IMG/VR virus record: IMGVR_UViG_3300045988_114464
Coordinates: 49,687-113,686 of that record
Reading direction: 5' to 3' (one strand)
Source: a virus
Length of the DNA: 64,000 bases
How positions within the stretch are numbered: position 1 is the stretch's first letter; the number at the start of each line of letters is the position of its first letter. The notes beneath the pieces are model-generated. The model saw only the letters and a list, made by a program, of their open reading frames with translations, ran no database searches and was not told the origin of the DNA. Shown here one piece after another: positions 36,238 through 44,952 of the stretch. The position numbers and the translations under genes were made by a program.

Positions 36238-36945
36238 TTTGATTCCTCCATTAAATAGTTGTACCATGTTTCAGCCATTGCTTGCGCGATAGATGGGAAA
36301 GTTTTACTACGATTCTTAGCGCGTTCAGCTTGGTTCTTACCGCCTTGAGCGTCACACCAGTTTACTCTTTGTCCATTGTGGAGATAGTATTTAGCGTCCG
36401 GCTTATCAAAATCGTTACGTCTTTCAAGTAAAGGTAGACCCTTTAACCAAAGACAAGTGCGCTTCATGTCATAGCTTTCGTCATCTTTACTCGTGACAAA
36501 GTAATAGGGGTGGATAATCTGATTTGGCTTACGATAATGCGTGTTCATATAGCCAACAGGGTTTTCAATAGCAATATGCTTACAGTTGGCATGGACAAAG
36601 TTCATAAAGAAATCATACGCTTCTTCACGTTGCTTAATGCGTTCAGCAACTTTTTCTGGTGAGTTACATCGTAAGCTATAATGTCTTGTCCCTGCCACAG
36701 TAAGGTAAGTACAAGGTGGATGAGCAATGATTAAATCCCACTGTCCTTCCACCTTATGCACTTTGCCGTCCATTGTGGTAAATTCACAGTTACCGTTAAG
36801 TAAACTTAACACATCACCTTTAATATGCCATTCAGGGTGTCCACCGCTACACTCTTGAATGTCACAGGAGAAGCAACGCCCCCCCCAACTCACGGAAAGC
36901 CTTACAAACAGTTTGGCTTTCTTCACAAGCAATTAGAATATTCAT
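36234..36945 (-). CDS. DNA (cytosine-5) methyltransferase, reading frame broken at a G8 tract
   Basis: Motifs IIAHPPCTYL (PC) and IENPVG (ENV). The RBS-linked start MNILIACEESQTVCKAFRELGG (36945) is out of frame with the body ORF 36234-36932. G7 would restore the frame. Confidence 0.8.
36879..36886 (-). repeat. G8 homopolymer (coding strand) in the C5 methyltransferase
   Basis: Direct count: C8 on the + strand. Confidence 0.95.
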
Positions 36946-36959
36946 GGTTATCTCCTTAG

Positions 36960-37217
36960 TTATACTTCTTCGTATGTTTTTTCAAAAATATCAGGTTTAC
37001 AAGGGTAAAACTCGCCGTTTACACCCTTGATGATGTAGTCACCAACAGATGCCAGCATAGTTCCCTCAAGAGTTAAAACAAGGAACATTTTCTTGTTCTC
37101 ACTCCACACGACATTCATTCCGCAAAACTTGTCGATTTCCGTCTGGTTCTTGCCTGTCCACTGAACAGCTTCGATAACTACAGGTTTCTTACGATATTTC
37201 ATAATCATTTTCTTCAC
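36960..37217 (-). CDS. conserved small phage protein
   Basis: 85 aa, KKPVVIEAVQW...GDYIIKGVNGEFYPCKPDIFEKTYE. I recall this pattern from many phages, but its function is unknown. Confidence 0.55.
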   Translation of the reverse strand: MKKMIMKYRKKPVVIEAVQWTGKNQTEIDKFCGMNVVWSENKKMFLVLTLEGTMLASVGDYIIKGVNGEFYPCKPDIFEKTYEEV

Positions 37218-37411
37218 TCTCCGAAAATCATAATATATTTAGTCCCGCTCTCAGGGTCATGTTTGCGTAACCAATCCTTAAATTCCTTTTCAGTAGAACA
37301 GCGATATAGCATATTCTGCATTTCGTTCAAGTTCTGACGAATGATTTCAAGGTCTTTACGAACGCCGTTGATTGAATTGATAATGTCTTGTTGCACTTCT
37401 TTGTCAATCAT
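37214..37411 (-). CDS. hypothetical protein
   Basis: 65-aa ORF with overlapping stop/start. Confidence 0.45.
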   Translation of the reverse strand: MIDKEVQQDIINSINGVRKDLEIIRQNLNEMQNMLYRCSTEKEFKDWLRKHDPESGTKYIMIFGE

Positions 37412-37414
37412 TGC

Positions 37415-37642
37415 TTACTCCTTTCTAATGCCAATGCCAGCTTGCATAAGCAAATCATACAAGTCAAGGTCGCTTGAATCGGTGAGATAATCGCCGTTTT
37501 TATCATAAAGATTGTAATTGGTATAAGGTCGAGCCGTAATGCCTGTTAGATGTTGAAGTTTGGTGAGAAACACGGCATCAACGCCATCATATTCAAGATA
37601 CTCGTTTAATTCATTGAACTGTTTTTGAGAGATTGTTCTCAT
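37415..37642 (-). CDS. hypothetical protein
   Basis: 75-aa ORF. Confidence 0.45.
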   Translation of the reverse strand: MRTISQKQFNELNEYLEYDGVDAVFLTKLQHLTGITARPYTNYNLYDKNGDYLTDSSDLDLYDLLMQAGIGIRKE

Positions 37643-37863
37643 TCTACCTCACACCCCATATTCTTTGCCAGTTGTTCTACAGAAGTTTTAATTGTTGCAT
37701 TCGTCAATTTCATACCGTACTGCGGTAAATTTTCAATAATATCATTGATTTCCGCTTTGTACTCAATACCGTTATCTCTTAACGCTTGTAGTAGTTCATC
37801 TTTACGAATTAGACCACTAATCTCTATTGTGTAAGAATCACAAGTATTTGTTATTCCTTTCAT
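37639..37863 (-). CDS. hypothetical protein
   Basis: 74-aa ORF. Confidence 0.45.
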   Translation of the reverse strand: MKGITNTCDSYTIEISGLIRKDELLQALRDNGIEYKAEINDIIENLPQYGMKLTNATIKTSVEQLAKNMGCEVE

Positions 37864-38105
37864 TCCAATTCCTCCTGCAAGTCCATATTCACTGTTTCAG
37901 TACCGCAAGCATTCGGCTGTACCTTGTACTCAAAGCCATACTGCTTCTCATACCCTTGCAGTACACCTTCGATAGCTTCATAGCCTGTGTCGAACCTATG
38001 AACATCATGGTTTGCCTTGTCGATTAACTGCTCTGGGTCAATTTCATCTTCACATTCAATAATGTGATAGTGCTTGGTTAGTTCAACGATTAGATACTTA
38101 GCCAT
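37860..38105 (-). CDS. hypothetical protein
   Basis: RBS gaaggtga before ATG 38105. Confidence 0.45.
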   Translation of the reverse strand: MAKYLIVELTKHYHIIECEDEIDPEQLIDKANHDVHRFDTGYEAIEGVLQGYEKQYGFEYKVQPNACGTETVNMDLQEELE

Positions 38106-38298
38106 TGGTTTCACCTTCATTTGAAGAATTTTGTAAGTCGTTAATAAACGTCATAATCTTATTATAGCACTCGTTACATACGCAACTGTACACCTTGTCA
38201 ACAAAACCTTCGTGTTTTTCCGTCATGATGTTCCAACTCATGTACATCGTTCTCGCATTCATTTCCTTGCCACATACATCGCAAAATGTTTTAGTCAT
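38098..38298 (-). CDS. small zinc-ribbon protein
   Basis: CDVCG...CVCNEC pairs; RBS aaaggagaa. Confidence 0.5.
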   Translation of the reverse strand: MTKTFCDVCGKEMNARTMYMSWNIMTEKHEGFVDKVYSCVCNECYNKIMTFINDLQNSSNEGETNG

Positions 38299-38369
38299 TA
38301 TGATTCTCCTTTCACTAATTTTTGCTTGTTGATTGTACTATATCCGTCACGGAATATTTATCAATCATC

Positions 38370-38618
38370 TCAAACTAATAAATCTTTTATTTCTTTGCCA
38401 TCAATAGACTTAACAAAATAAAGCATAATATTAGGCGAAGAAGGACTTCCCAGCAAAATTGAAGTCGTCATATTTGTGTTGGTACAATATACTGTGATAA
38501 CATCATTTTCGATAGATTTAACATACCCAGTTGTGTTATCTTTGAATAAAATAAGCATATTAGGTTCAATCCAGCCAAATACTTGTTTTAAGTATGTGCT
38601 TGAAAATTTCGTTTTCAT
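38370..38618 (-). CDS. hypothetical protein
   Basis: 82-aa ORF. Confidence 0.45.
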   Translation of the reverse strand: MKTKFSSTYLKQVFGWIEPNMLILFKDNTTGYVKSIENDVITVYCTNTNMTTSILLGSPSSPNIMLYFVKSIDGKEIKDLLV

Positions 38619-38674
38619 TGAACGCCAACCGCCTTTCTTAGCTTTTTATAATTGCTTATACACCACAAAATGTT

Positions 38675-39389
38675 TTAATCATTATTATATTTTCCTTTCC
38701 ACCTAAACAGCTTTTCTGTTTTCTTAGGCTGATTATTCTTGTTATAGTCAAGCGTTCTTCTCAATTCCTTTTCCCAGACAACTTCAAAATCGTCTGGCGC
38801 TTCTTGCTCGGAAATAAATACAATACATCTCTTAGAAAGTTCACGCATATATTCCCAAAATTCTTCGTGGTTAAAATCACCAGTTGTATAACCAGTAGTT
38901 TTAGCATAAGGCGGGTCACAATATACAACCGCCCCGTTTGGAATATCAACTTCACGATAATCAAGACAAGTAAAATTGGCATTTTGTACACCTTGCAAGT
39001 CACGAAGTAAACTGCGTTCCGCTCGGGCACAATAATTGTCACCTCGTTTATTACTTGCCAACCCACCAAACCATTTACCACCAAACGAACAACCAAAACC
39101 GACAAAACCAGTTAATGCCTTATTCTCGTCTTTGTGCTCTTTGATGTAATAATATTCTTCTTTAGTGATAATAGAAGGTGGTGTCCAGCCAGACTGTAAA
39201 CCTTTCCACATTTCAATCAAATATGGATGCTTATCATTAAGAATTTTGGTTTCTGCTTTTACTTTCGCTTCAACAGCACAAGAGCCACAGAACAGACTTA
39301 CGAATGTCTGCCCCCCCCAAGTTCAAGGTGTGGTTGATAACTTGTGCAATCTGAGTTGAGATACGAGATTTTCCGCCCATGTATTGCAT
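38675..39389 (-). CDS. dam: DNA adenine methyltransferase (Dam-like, DPPY), reading frame broken at a G8 tract
   Basis: The start MQYMGGKSRISTQIAQVINHTLNLGG (ATG 39389, RBS ggagg) is out of frame with the body ...QTFVSLFCGSCAVE...DPPY (ORF 38675-39220). G7 would restore the frame. Confidence 0.8.
39311..39318 (-). repeat. G8 homopolymer (coding strand) in the dam-like gene
   Basis: Direct count: C8 on the + strand. Confidence 0.95.
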
Positions 39390-39390
39390 T

Positions 39391-39447
39391 GTTAATTACC
39401 TCCGAAATTTGTTTAGAAATACGAGATTTACCGCCTAAGTAACGCAT
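39391..39447 (-). pseudogene. orphan 19-codon 5' fragment of a second dam allele
   Basis: ATG CGT TAC TTA GGC GGT AAA TCT CGT ATT... encodes MRYLGGKSRISKQISEVIN. It parallels MQYMGGKSRISTQIAQVIN of the adjacent gene, and its 3' end supplies that gene's RBS. Confidence 0.65.
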
Positions 39448-39478
39448 ATAATCATCCTTTCATGTTGATGATTATATC

Positions 39479-39574
39479 TTATCTCATTTTAGTTGCTTTG
39501 TCAATACGTTCTTTGGCGATTTCAAAATAATTTTCATCAAGTTCCATACCGATGAAATTGCGGTTTGTATTGAC
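39479..39574 (-). pseudogene. orphan 3' remnant of an N4/N6 DNA methyltransferase gene
   Basis: Encodes VNTNRNFIGMELDENYFEIAKERIDKATKMR followed by a stop. This matches the typical C-terminal ..R.FIG.E.....Y...A..RI of N6_N4 methyltransferases. No upstream body is present. Confidence 0.55.
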
Positions 39575-39576
39575 AA

Positions 39577-40218
39577 TTATTCAAAATTAAACTTATATAC
39601 TCTTTTAACCCAACTTAAAAAATCTTCTTTTGACATTGTACTTTTGGCTGTGTTACAATATTTGCAACAAGGAACTGTATTTGTGACAGTATAGCCTATG
39701 TTACTATCAATTCTGTCAATTCCATTGCATTTTACAACAGTATCAGAAAATAAACCGTCTGCTTTTGTTTCGTTTCTTCTATCATATAAAACTTTAGAAT
39801 ACTCTAACCCACAATAATAACATGGCGATTTTGATTTTTTGATAAAATCTTCTATTGGCATAATTGTCCCATTAAATTTTTTGTGCCTTCTCATTAAATG
39901 GGAATATTGAACTTTGAAAATGGCGTATTCTCTATCTTCAAATAACCCAAATTGATTTCCTCTTTTTTTAAGAAACTCGGTTAGTAAGCATCCGCAACTT
40001 TTTGATTTTCCACTTGATAAATTATCGCCAACTACAATTTTTTGCTGACCGCAATCACATTGGCACAACCATGTATGTTTTCCCCTGTGGTCTTTACCCA
40101 TGTGTTTTATTACTACCAATCTTCCATATCTTTCACCCGTTCTGTCTCTAAATGCGCTCAATAATAAACCTGCTTTCTTTTTTATTGAGTTCAAGGCAAT
40201 CGCCATTCTTAATATCAA
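39577..40218 (-). CDS. free-standing HNH-like homing endonuclease (paralog family of three); start region ambiguous
   Basis: GERYGRLVVI...WLCQCDCG...SCGC N-terminal module; C-terminal GIDRIDSNIGYT..N.VPCCKYCN. The good RBS+ATG at 40222 is in another frame upstream of an A6 run. Confidence 0.6.
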   Translation of the reverse strand: MILRMAIALNSIKKKAGLLLSAFRDRTGERYGRLVVIKHMGKDHRGKHTWLCQCDCGQQKIVVGDNLSSGKSKSCGCLLTEFLKKRGNQFGLFEDREYAIFKVQYSHLMRRHKKFNGTIMPIEDFIKKSKSPCYYCGLEYSKVLYDRRNETKADGLFSDTVVKCNGIDRIDSNIGYTVTNTVPCCKYCNTAKSTMSKEDFLSWVKRVYKFNFE

Positions 40219-40253
40219 TCATTATTATTCTCCTATTTAACTTAAAGTTAATT

Positions 40254-40774
40254 TCACTTCTTCTGAATTTCTTCAAAGACAATCTGCTTTGGTAACATCT
40301 TGTGGCACACATACGCACTACTGAAAGGTGGGTTAAGGCTTGGCTTTTGGTCTGCGTAGTCCTTGAAGTAAGCAACTCTGCGGTTAAGGTACATGATTTC
40401 AAACTCATTGTTCTTAAATATATCGAACCTTCGCTGAGATTCAAACAAGCCTACAACACCCACCAGCATTGCGAACGGCTTGCCAATTTCAAACAGTCGT
40501 TCCAACACTTCTGTCTTGACGCTATAAGGTGGATTGCTGATAATCATGTCACACTGTGGTATTGGCATTGTGAAAAAGTCCTGACCATTATCAATGTGCG
40601 TACAGATTACCTTGTTGCCCTGTGCTTTAAGCATTTTAACGAAGTGTGATTCTTCTGTATCAAAAGGACACCATACCGTCAGTTGGGGGGGGCATAAGCC
40701 AAGATAGGCTTAACGGCATAGGGCGGTGTGTAGAAGTTATCGTTGCCAGAGCCAGCTACTTTATCCATTTTCAT
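40254..40774 (-). CDS. N6-adenine DNA methyltransferase (NPPY), reading frame broken at a C8 tract
   Basis: The start MKMDKVAGSGNDNFYTPPYAVKPILAYAPP (ATG 40774, RBS aaggagag) is out of frame with the body QLTVWCPFD...IISNPPYS (ORF 40254-40634). C9 or C6 would restore the frame. Confidence 0.75.
40685..40692 (-). repeat. C8 homopolymer (coding strand) in the NPPY methyltransferase
   Basis: Direct count: G8 on the + strand. Confidence 0.95.
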
Positions 40775-40787
40775 GATTGTTCTCTCC

Positions 40788-41243
40788 TTACTTAATCTCA
40801 ATAATTTTTTCTGCATCGCTCATCGTCATATCATTGGAAACGCGTTTAACATAAAAGAAATACTTCTTTGCGCCATCCTTTACTTTGTAGACGATAAAGA
40901 TATAATTTTGTCCAAGAACAAATGGCTCATCGTCTGTGTATTGAATGGTTTGGCTAACAACTTGTTCGTCAATGATTTCAGCGTGAGCGTCTAACCATGC
41001 TGAATCAATTTCTTCTACACAACAAGCGGGATAAGAAAAATTTTCTGTACCATTATAATAAGTGGTATAGTTAACAAATTTACCGTTATTATCCTTCTTG
41101 GCTTCTACAATATGCCCCCAATCTCCATATTGAGGAAGGATACCGAGAATAAAATCAATACCGTCTACAGTGTCTACAAGTCTTTCGTCAAATTCTTTGG
41201 CGCTTTTCAGCGCTTCTTCCCAAGGCTTAATATAAACTTTCAT
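40788..41243 (-). CDS. hypothetical protein (tandem paralog 1)
   Basis: MKVYIKPWEEALKSAKE...GDWGHI...CCVEEI... is shared with the next gene. Confidence 0.55.
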   Translation of the reverse strand: MKVYIKPWEEALKSAKEFDERLVDTVDGIDFILGILPQYGDWGHIVEAKKDNNGKFVNYTTYYNGTENFSYPACCVEEIDSAWLDAHAEIIDEQVVSQTIQYTDDEPFVLGQNYIFIVYKVKDGAKKYFFYVKRVSNDMTMSDAEKIIEIK

Positions 41244-41255
41244 AGCGTCCTCTCC

Positions 41256-41714
41256 TTAGTTAATTTCTCTAAAATCTTCTACAGTTTCTTCGCAACCGTT
41301 ATACGAAATACAATAAACATAAAAGAAATAAGCGTGTCTTGCGTCCATAGCCTTGTAAATCGTGATGTGGTGGGTTTCGTAACTTTCAAAGTTATCGTCC
41401 CATGCATCTGTGGTGAATACTTCTTCGCTAAACTTACTTGCGTGCTCTTCAAGCCAATTTGGTGTGATTTCTTCTACGCAACAAGCATCATAACTAAAAC
41501 CTATATCTTTAGACCGAGAATGCACTACGGTATAAGAAGTGTATTCATCATCACTGTTTTTCGTAACCGTGCAAATATGTCCCCAATCGCCCATGCGTCG
41601 AGAAACGCCCAAAATTTCCGCACGGTCAGGAAAGAAGTTTACAAACCCTTCATGCTTCTTGGCTTCTTTCAGTGCTTCAACCCACGGTTTGATATATACT
41701 TTCATAGTTTCCAT
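41256..41714 (-). CDS. hypothetical protein (tandem paralog 2)
   Basis: RBS aaggagg before ATG 41714. METMKVYIKPWVEALKEAKK...GDWGHI...CCVEEI. Confidence 0.55.
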   Translation of the reverse strand: METMKVYIKPWVEALKEAKKHEGFVNFFPDRAEILGVSRRMGDWGHICTVTKNSDDEYTSYTVVHSRSKDIGFSYDACCVEEITPNWLEEHASKFSEEVFTTDAWDDNFESYETHHITIYKAMDARHAYFFYVYCISYNGCEETVEDFREIN

Positions 41715-41768
41715 AATAAAACCTCCTTGATTTGATACTATTGTACCATTCTCAAGGAGGTCTGTCAA
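41715..41768 (-). promoter_or_regulatory. composite terminator hairpin with nested promoter and SD-containing 3' arm
   Basis: On the - strand: TTGACA, 17 nt, TACAAT. Arms ACCTCCTTGA/TCAAGGAGGT bracket the -10, followed by TTTATT and the ATG. Confidence 0.6.
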
Positions 41769-41785
41769 GCATTTATTTTAAGTTT

Positions 41786-42133
41786 TTAGAGAGAATTATA
41801 GCCAGAATTTTGTTTAGTTAAATATTGAAGCCCTTCTGATAGCGCTTCAAACATCATCTCTGCGTCATCAGTTGTCCAATATTCATCACGAATTTTATAT
41901 TTAACAACACAATCTGCTCCATAATTTTTTAGAGCGTCTTTGAATTGCTTCGCTAATTCTTCGCCATATACCGCTGGTTCTCCCATAATGGTTTTCACGC
42001 CATCTTTAGGTACAGAAACATAGTATGTTCCAGATAGATAGTTGTTAGGTTCTTGCTGTATATAAAGTCCCATTATATTTGCTTTTATAGCAGTGGTGGC
42101 AAACTCTAAATCTTTTTGTTGCTTTTCGTTCAT
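41786..42133 (-). CDS. hypothetical protein
   Basis: 115-aa ORF. Confidence 0.5.
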   Translation of the reverse strand: MNEKQQKDLEFATTAIKANIMGLYIQQEPNNYLSGTYYVSVPKDGVKTIMGEPAVYGEELAKQFKDALKNYGADCVVKYKIRDEYWTTDDAEMMFEALSEGLQYLTKQNSGYNSL

Positions 42134-42136
42134 TGC

Positions 42137-44371
42137 TTAGTTCTCCTTCAGCATATCTTTCAGCCAAGTATCTCGTGTAGTTTCTTCTTGTACTTCTAAC
42201 GCATCTCTCAACACATCTACATCGCTAATAACAATTAACTTATCACGAGAACGTGTCATAGCTACATAGCATAAGTTGCGAGATAGTAGACGCTTATGTG
42301 CTTGGTCGGCAAGGAAAATTACCGCCTTTGCACTCGACCCTTGGCTCTTATGTGTAGAAATACAATAGCCCAAAATCAAGTTTCTAAGGTCAGCACCTTC
42401 ATATACACCGTAGCCATTCTCAAATTCAACAATAAGAGCATAACCCTTATCAGTTTCCATAACTTCGCGCACATAACCAATATCACCATTCATTACTTCG
42501 ATAGGGAAAGAAGAGCTAAAAGAACCTTCATCATTCAGCGCAACAGCGGTCATGCGATAATTGTTCTTGGTGTTTAGTACCTTATCGCCCCACTTAAACT
42601 GAATCTTACCACCCTTATTGTTATCTTCGTATTCAACAGGCGTATAGTCTCTATCATTGAAATGCGCTTGGATAGCACGATTGATTGCCACTGAGCCAGC
42701 TTCACCCTTGTTAAACGGCGAAAGAATCATAATATCGTCCTTAGTATATCCTTCATCGAGCAAATGCTGATATTCTGTCATCACTTGCTTAATAGGATTT
42801 GAAATCGGCTCAAATTCATAATCGTCATACTTTTCTGCTATATGGTCAATATTACCGTTACGAGTATCAGTTGCAATCGTGATTAGACCGCTTGTAGAAT
42901 AGCGAAAAATCTTGTTTAGACTTGCTACTGGTACAATTCCACTATTGATAACATCAACGATAAAATTGCCACATTGAATAGATGCTAACTGTGCAGGGTC
43001 GCATACAAATACAAGTTTGCATTTATAGCCGACCTTTTTGAGAAGTTGTGCCATAAGGTGTACGCTTACCATTGAACTCTCGTCTACAATAACGACACCA
43101 CGATACTGCATACACTGACCTTCTTGTTCATCCATGCTATGCTGTGCAAGAAAACGATGAATAGTAGAAGCCTTACGCCCTGTGCTATTAGCCAATACTT
43201 TACTTGCAATACCAGTAGGTGCTAATAACATATAGTCTACACACATATCTTCTAACATACGAACAAGCGCTTTGGTAGACGCTGACTTACCCGAACCACT
43301 ATAACCACGAAGGACGCAAATATTCTGCTCCCAAGTATTATAAAGCACTTGCATCTGCTCATCGGTACACTTAAAGCCGTCAACTTCTCTGAACTTTTCA
43401 AAGTCTGGCTCGTTCATAGTGTATTCTGTTTCAAAGATATTACCTTGTAGTAGTCTATCCTTAATATGTTTTGCAATCGTTTCTTCGGCTTCATAAGTAT
43501 CAATCAACGCCGAATAACCAGTAGTTTCATCGTGATGAATAAAACGGCAACCGTTTACTACTTCTGGAATGTACTCTTTGCACTCTGGAATCATTTCTTC
43601 TGCCATATAACCGAGAACTTCTGCTTCAATGCGCGTATCGCCTTCAAGTTCGTTCTCATGTAGAATATTAACACAGCCATATTCACAGCGAAGTTTGCTG
43701 TTTTTTAGGTCAGGATAGCGCTTCAACACCTCTCTATCGCTCTTAGCAAACGACCAGTTAATAACATCGTGATAAATACGGTAAGGATTTTCTTCAAAGT
43801 CTTGCTGAAGCAGTTCTGGACTTGCGTATTTGTCCGAAAGTTTCTGTACATCTTTGTCTTGTGTGATACCCAATTCAGCGCAAACGGGGAAGAAAAGGAT
43901 GGATTCAAGGTTCTTCTTAATTTTATCAATATACATTTCAACGCGAACCTTGCCTACGTTATAAATGTTATGATAATCAATATCTTCTTCTTCACCGCGC
44001 AACACCATCTGAACAAAGTGAGGATATGCTTCATGCACACGTTCGGCTTGAATATATTCCATCATCGTGCTAAGAATAGATATTTCTTTTTCTTCTTCGA
44101 CTACAATCTCATCTTTTTCCATCTTTAGACCCGGATAACCGACAAGAATATAACTTGCTGGACGTTTGGCGTTCTGATTAGGGCGAATAGTAATTTCAAC
44201 TTCATCGCCTTCCTTAAAGCCAAACAGATTGCTACCAGAGATAGAGAAGCCACCCCACTTATCAAGTTCCATATTATAGTTTCCAATGGGTTTACAGCCC
44301 AAAATACGGAACTCATCAAGATAATTGACGAATACTTGCTTTCTAATTTTGCATTTAACGTCTAATGCCAT
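42137..44371 (-). CDS. RecD-like SF1 DNA helicase
   Basis: Walker A GYSGSGKS, Walker B VVIVDESSM, FVCDPAQL, C-terminal STHKSQGS...YVAMTRSR. RBS ggagg before ATG 44371. Confidence 0.85.
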   Translation of the reverse strand: MALDVKCKIRKQVFVNYLDEFRILGCKPIGNYNMELDKWGGFSISGSNLFGFKEGDEVEITIRPNQNAKRPASYILVGYPGLKMEKDEIVVEEEKEISILSTMMEYIQAERVHEAYPHFVQMVLRGEEEDIDYHNIYNVGKVRVEMYIDKIKKNLESILFFPVCAELGITQDKDVQKLSDKYASPELLQQDFEENPYRIYHDVINWSFAKSDREVLKRYPDLKNSKLRCEYGCVNILHENELEGDTRIEAEVLGYMAEEMIPECKEYIPEVVNGCRFIHHDETTGYSALIDTYEAEETIAKHIKDRLLQGNIFETEYTMNEPDFEKFREVDGFKCTDEQMQVLYNTWEQNICVLRGYSGSGKSASTKALVRMLEDMCVDYMLLAPTGIASKVLANSTGRKASTIHRFLAQHSMDEQEGQCMQYRGVVIVDESSMVSVHLMAQLLKKVGYKCKLVFVCDPAQLASIQCGNFIVDVINSGIVPVASLNKIFRYSTSGLITIATDTRNGNIDHIAEKYDDYEFEPISNPIKQVMTEYQHLLDEGYTKDDIMILSPFNKGEAGSVAINRAIQAHFNDRDYTPVEYEDNNKGGKIQFKWGDKVLNTKNNYRMTAVALNDEGSFSSSFPIEVMNGDIGYVREVMETDKGYALIVEFENGYGVYEGADLRNLILGYCISTHKSQGSSAKAVIFLADQAHKRLLSRNLCYVAMTRSRDKLIVISDVDVLRDALEVQEETTRDTWLKDMLKEN

Positions 44372-44425
44372 AAATAAGACCTCCGTTCTTGCGATTATTG
44401 TACCATAGAACGAAGGTCTTGTCAA
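44372..44425 (-). promoter_or_regulatory. composite terminator hairpin with nested promoter and SD-containing 3' arm
   Basis: On the - strand: TTGACA, 17 nt, TACAAT. 13-nt arms AGACCTTCGTTCT/AGAACGGAGGTCT (one G.U pair), followed by TATTT and the ATG. Confidence 0.6.
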
Positions 44426-44440
44426 GCATTTTATTCGATT

Positions 44441-44626
44441 TTATTCTTCTTCTCGTCTAAATTGTTCAATCCAATCAATGTAATTCTTCCAACCACACCG
44501 AGGACAATAAACTACACGATAATCTATAAGAGAAAACCAGTTGTCTTTAACCTTCCAATCAATCGTATCTTCATCGACTTCAAAGTTTTTATGACAACAT
44601 TCGCAGTTTACCTTTAGAATAGCCAT
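44441..44626 (-). CDS. small zinc-ribbon protein
   Basis: CECCH...CPRCG pairs. Confidence 0.5.
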   Translation of the reverse strand: MAILKVNCECCHKNFEVDEDTIDWKVKDNWFSLIDYRVVYCPRCGWKNYIDWIEQFRREEE

Positions 44627-44628
44627 AA

Positions 44629-44952
44629 TTACACCTCTTGGTCTACAATCTCGATAATCTCTTGCAAAGTGTCTAAAGCAGTTTGAGATTGTCGTACTCT
44701 CCCCAGTCCAGAAATACGCTGAACAATTTCCTTAATATCCATAAGAGCACGCTGAGCCGATTCAAGGTTTGCTTCATAAGATTCAAGTTCATACTTGGTA
44801 GCGTCTAAATCGTCTTGAACGTTAATAGGCTCTATGCAATTCTTGAGTTCTCTAAGAAAATCGCCACCCATATATTGATGAATATAATAGTAGCAATCTT
44901 CAAGGTCTTGAATAATTGCTTGACCACCATTCTTAATTGGTGTTACTGTCAT
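44629..44952 (-). CDS. hypothetical protein
   Basis: RBS ggaggtg before ATG 44952. Confidence 0.5.
   Translation of the reverse strand: MTVTPIKNGGQAIIQDLEDCYYYIHQYMGGDFLRELKNCIEPINVQDDLDATKYELESYEANLESAQRALMDIKEIVQRISGLGRVRQSQTALDTLQEIIEIVDQEV

Noticed and set aside
41112-41735. 207-aa ORF on the + strand.
   Set aside because: It is antisense to the tandem paralog pair, whose conserved motifs and RBSs are on the - strand.
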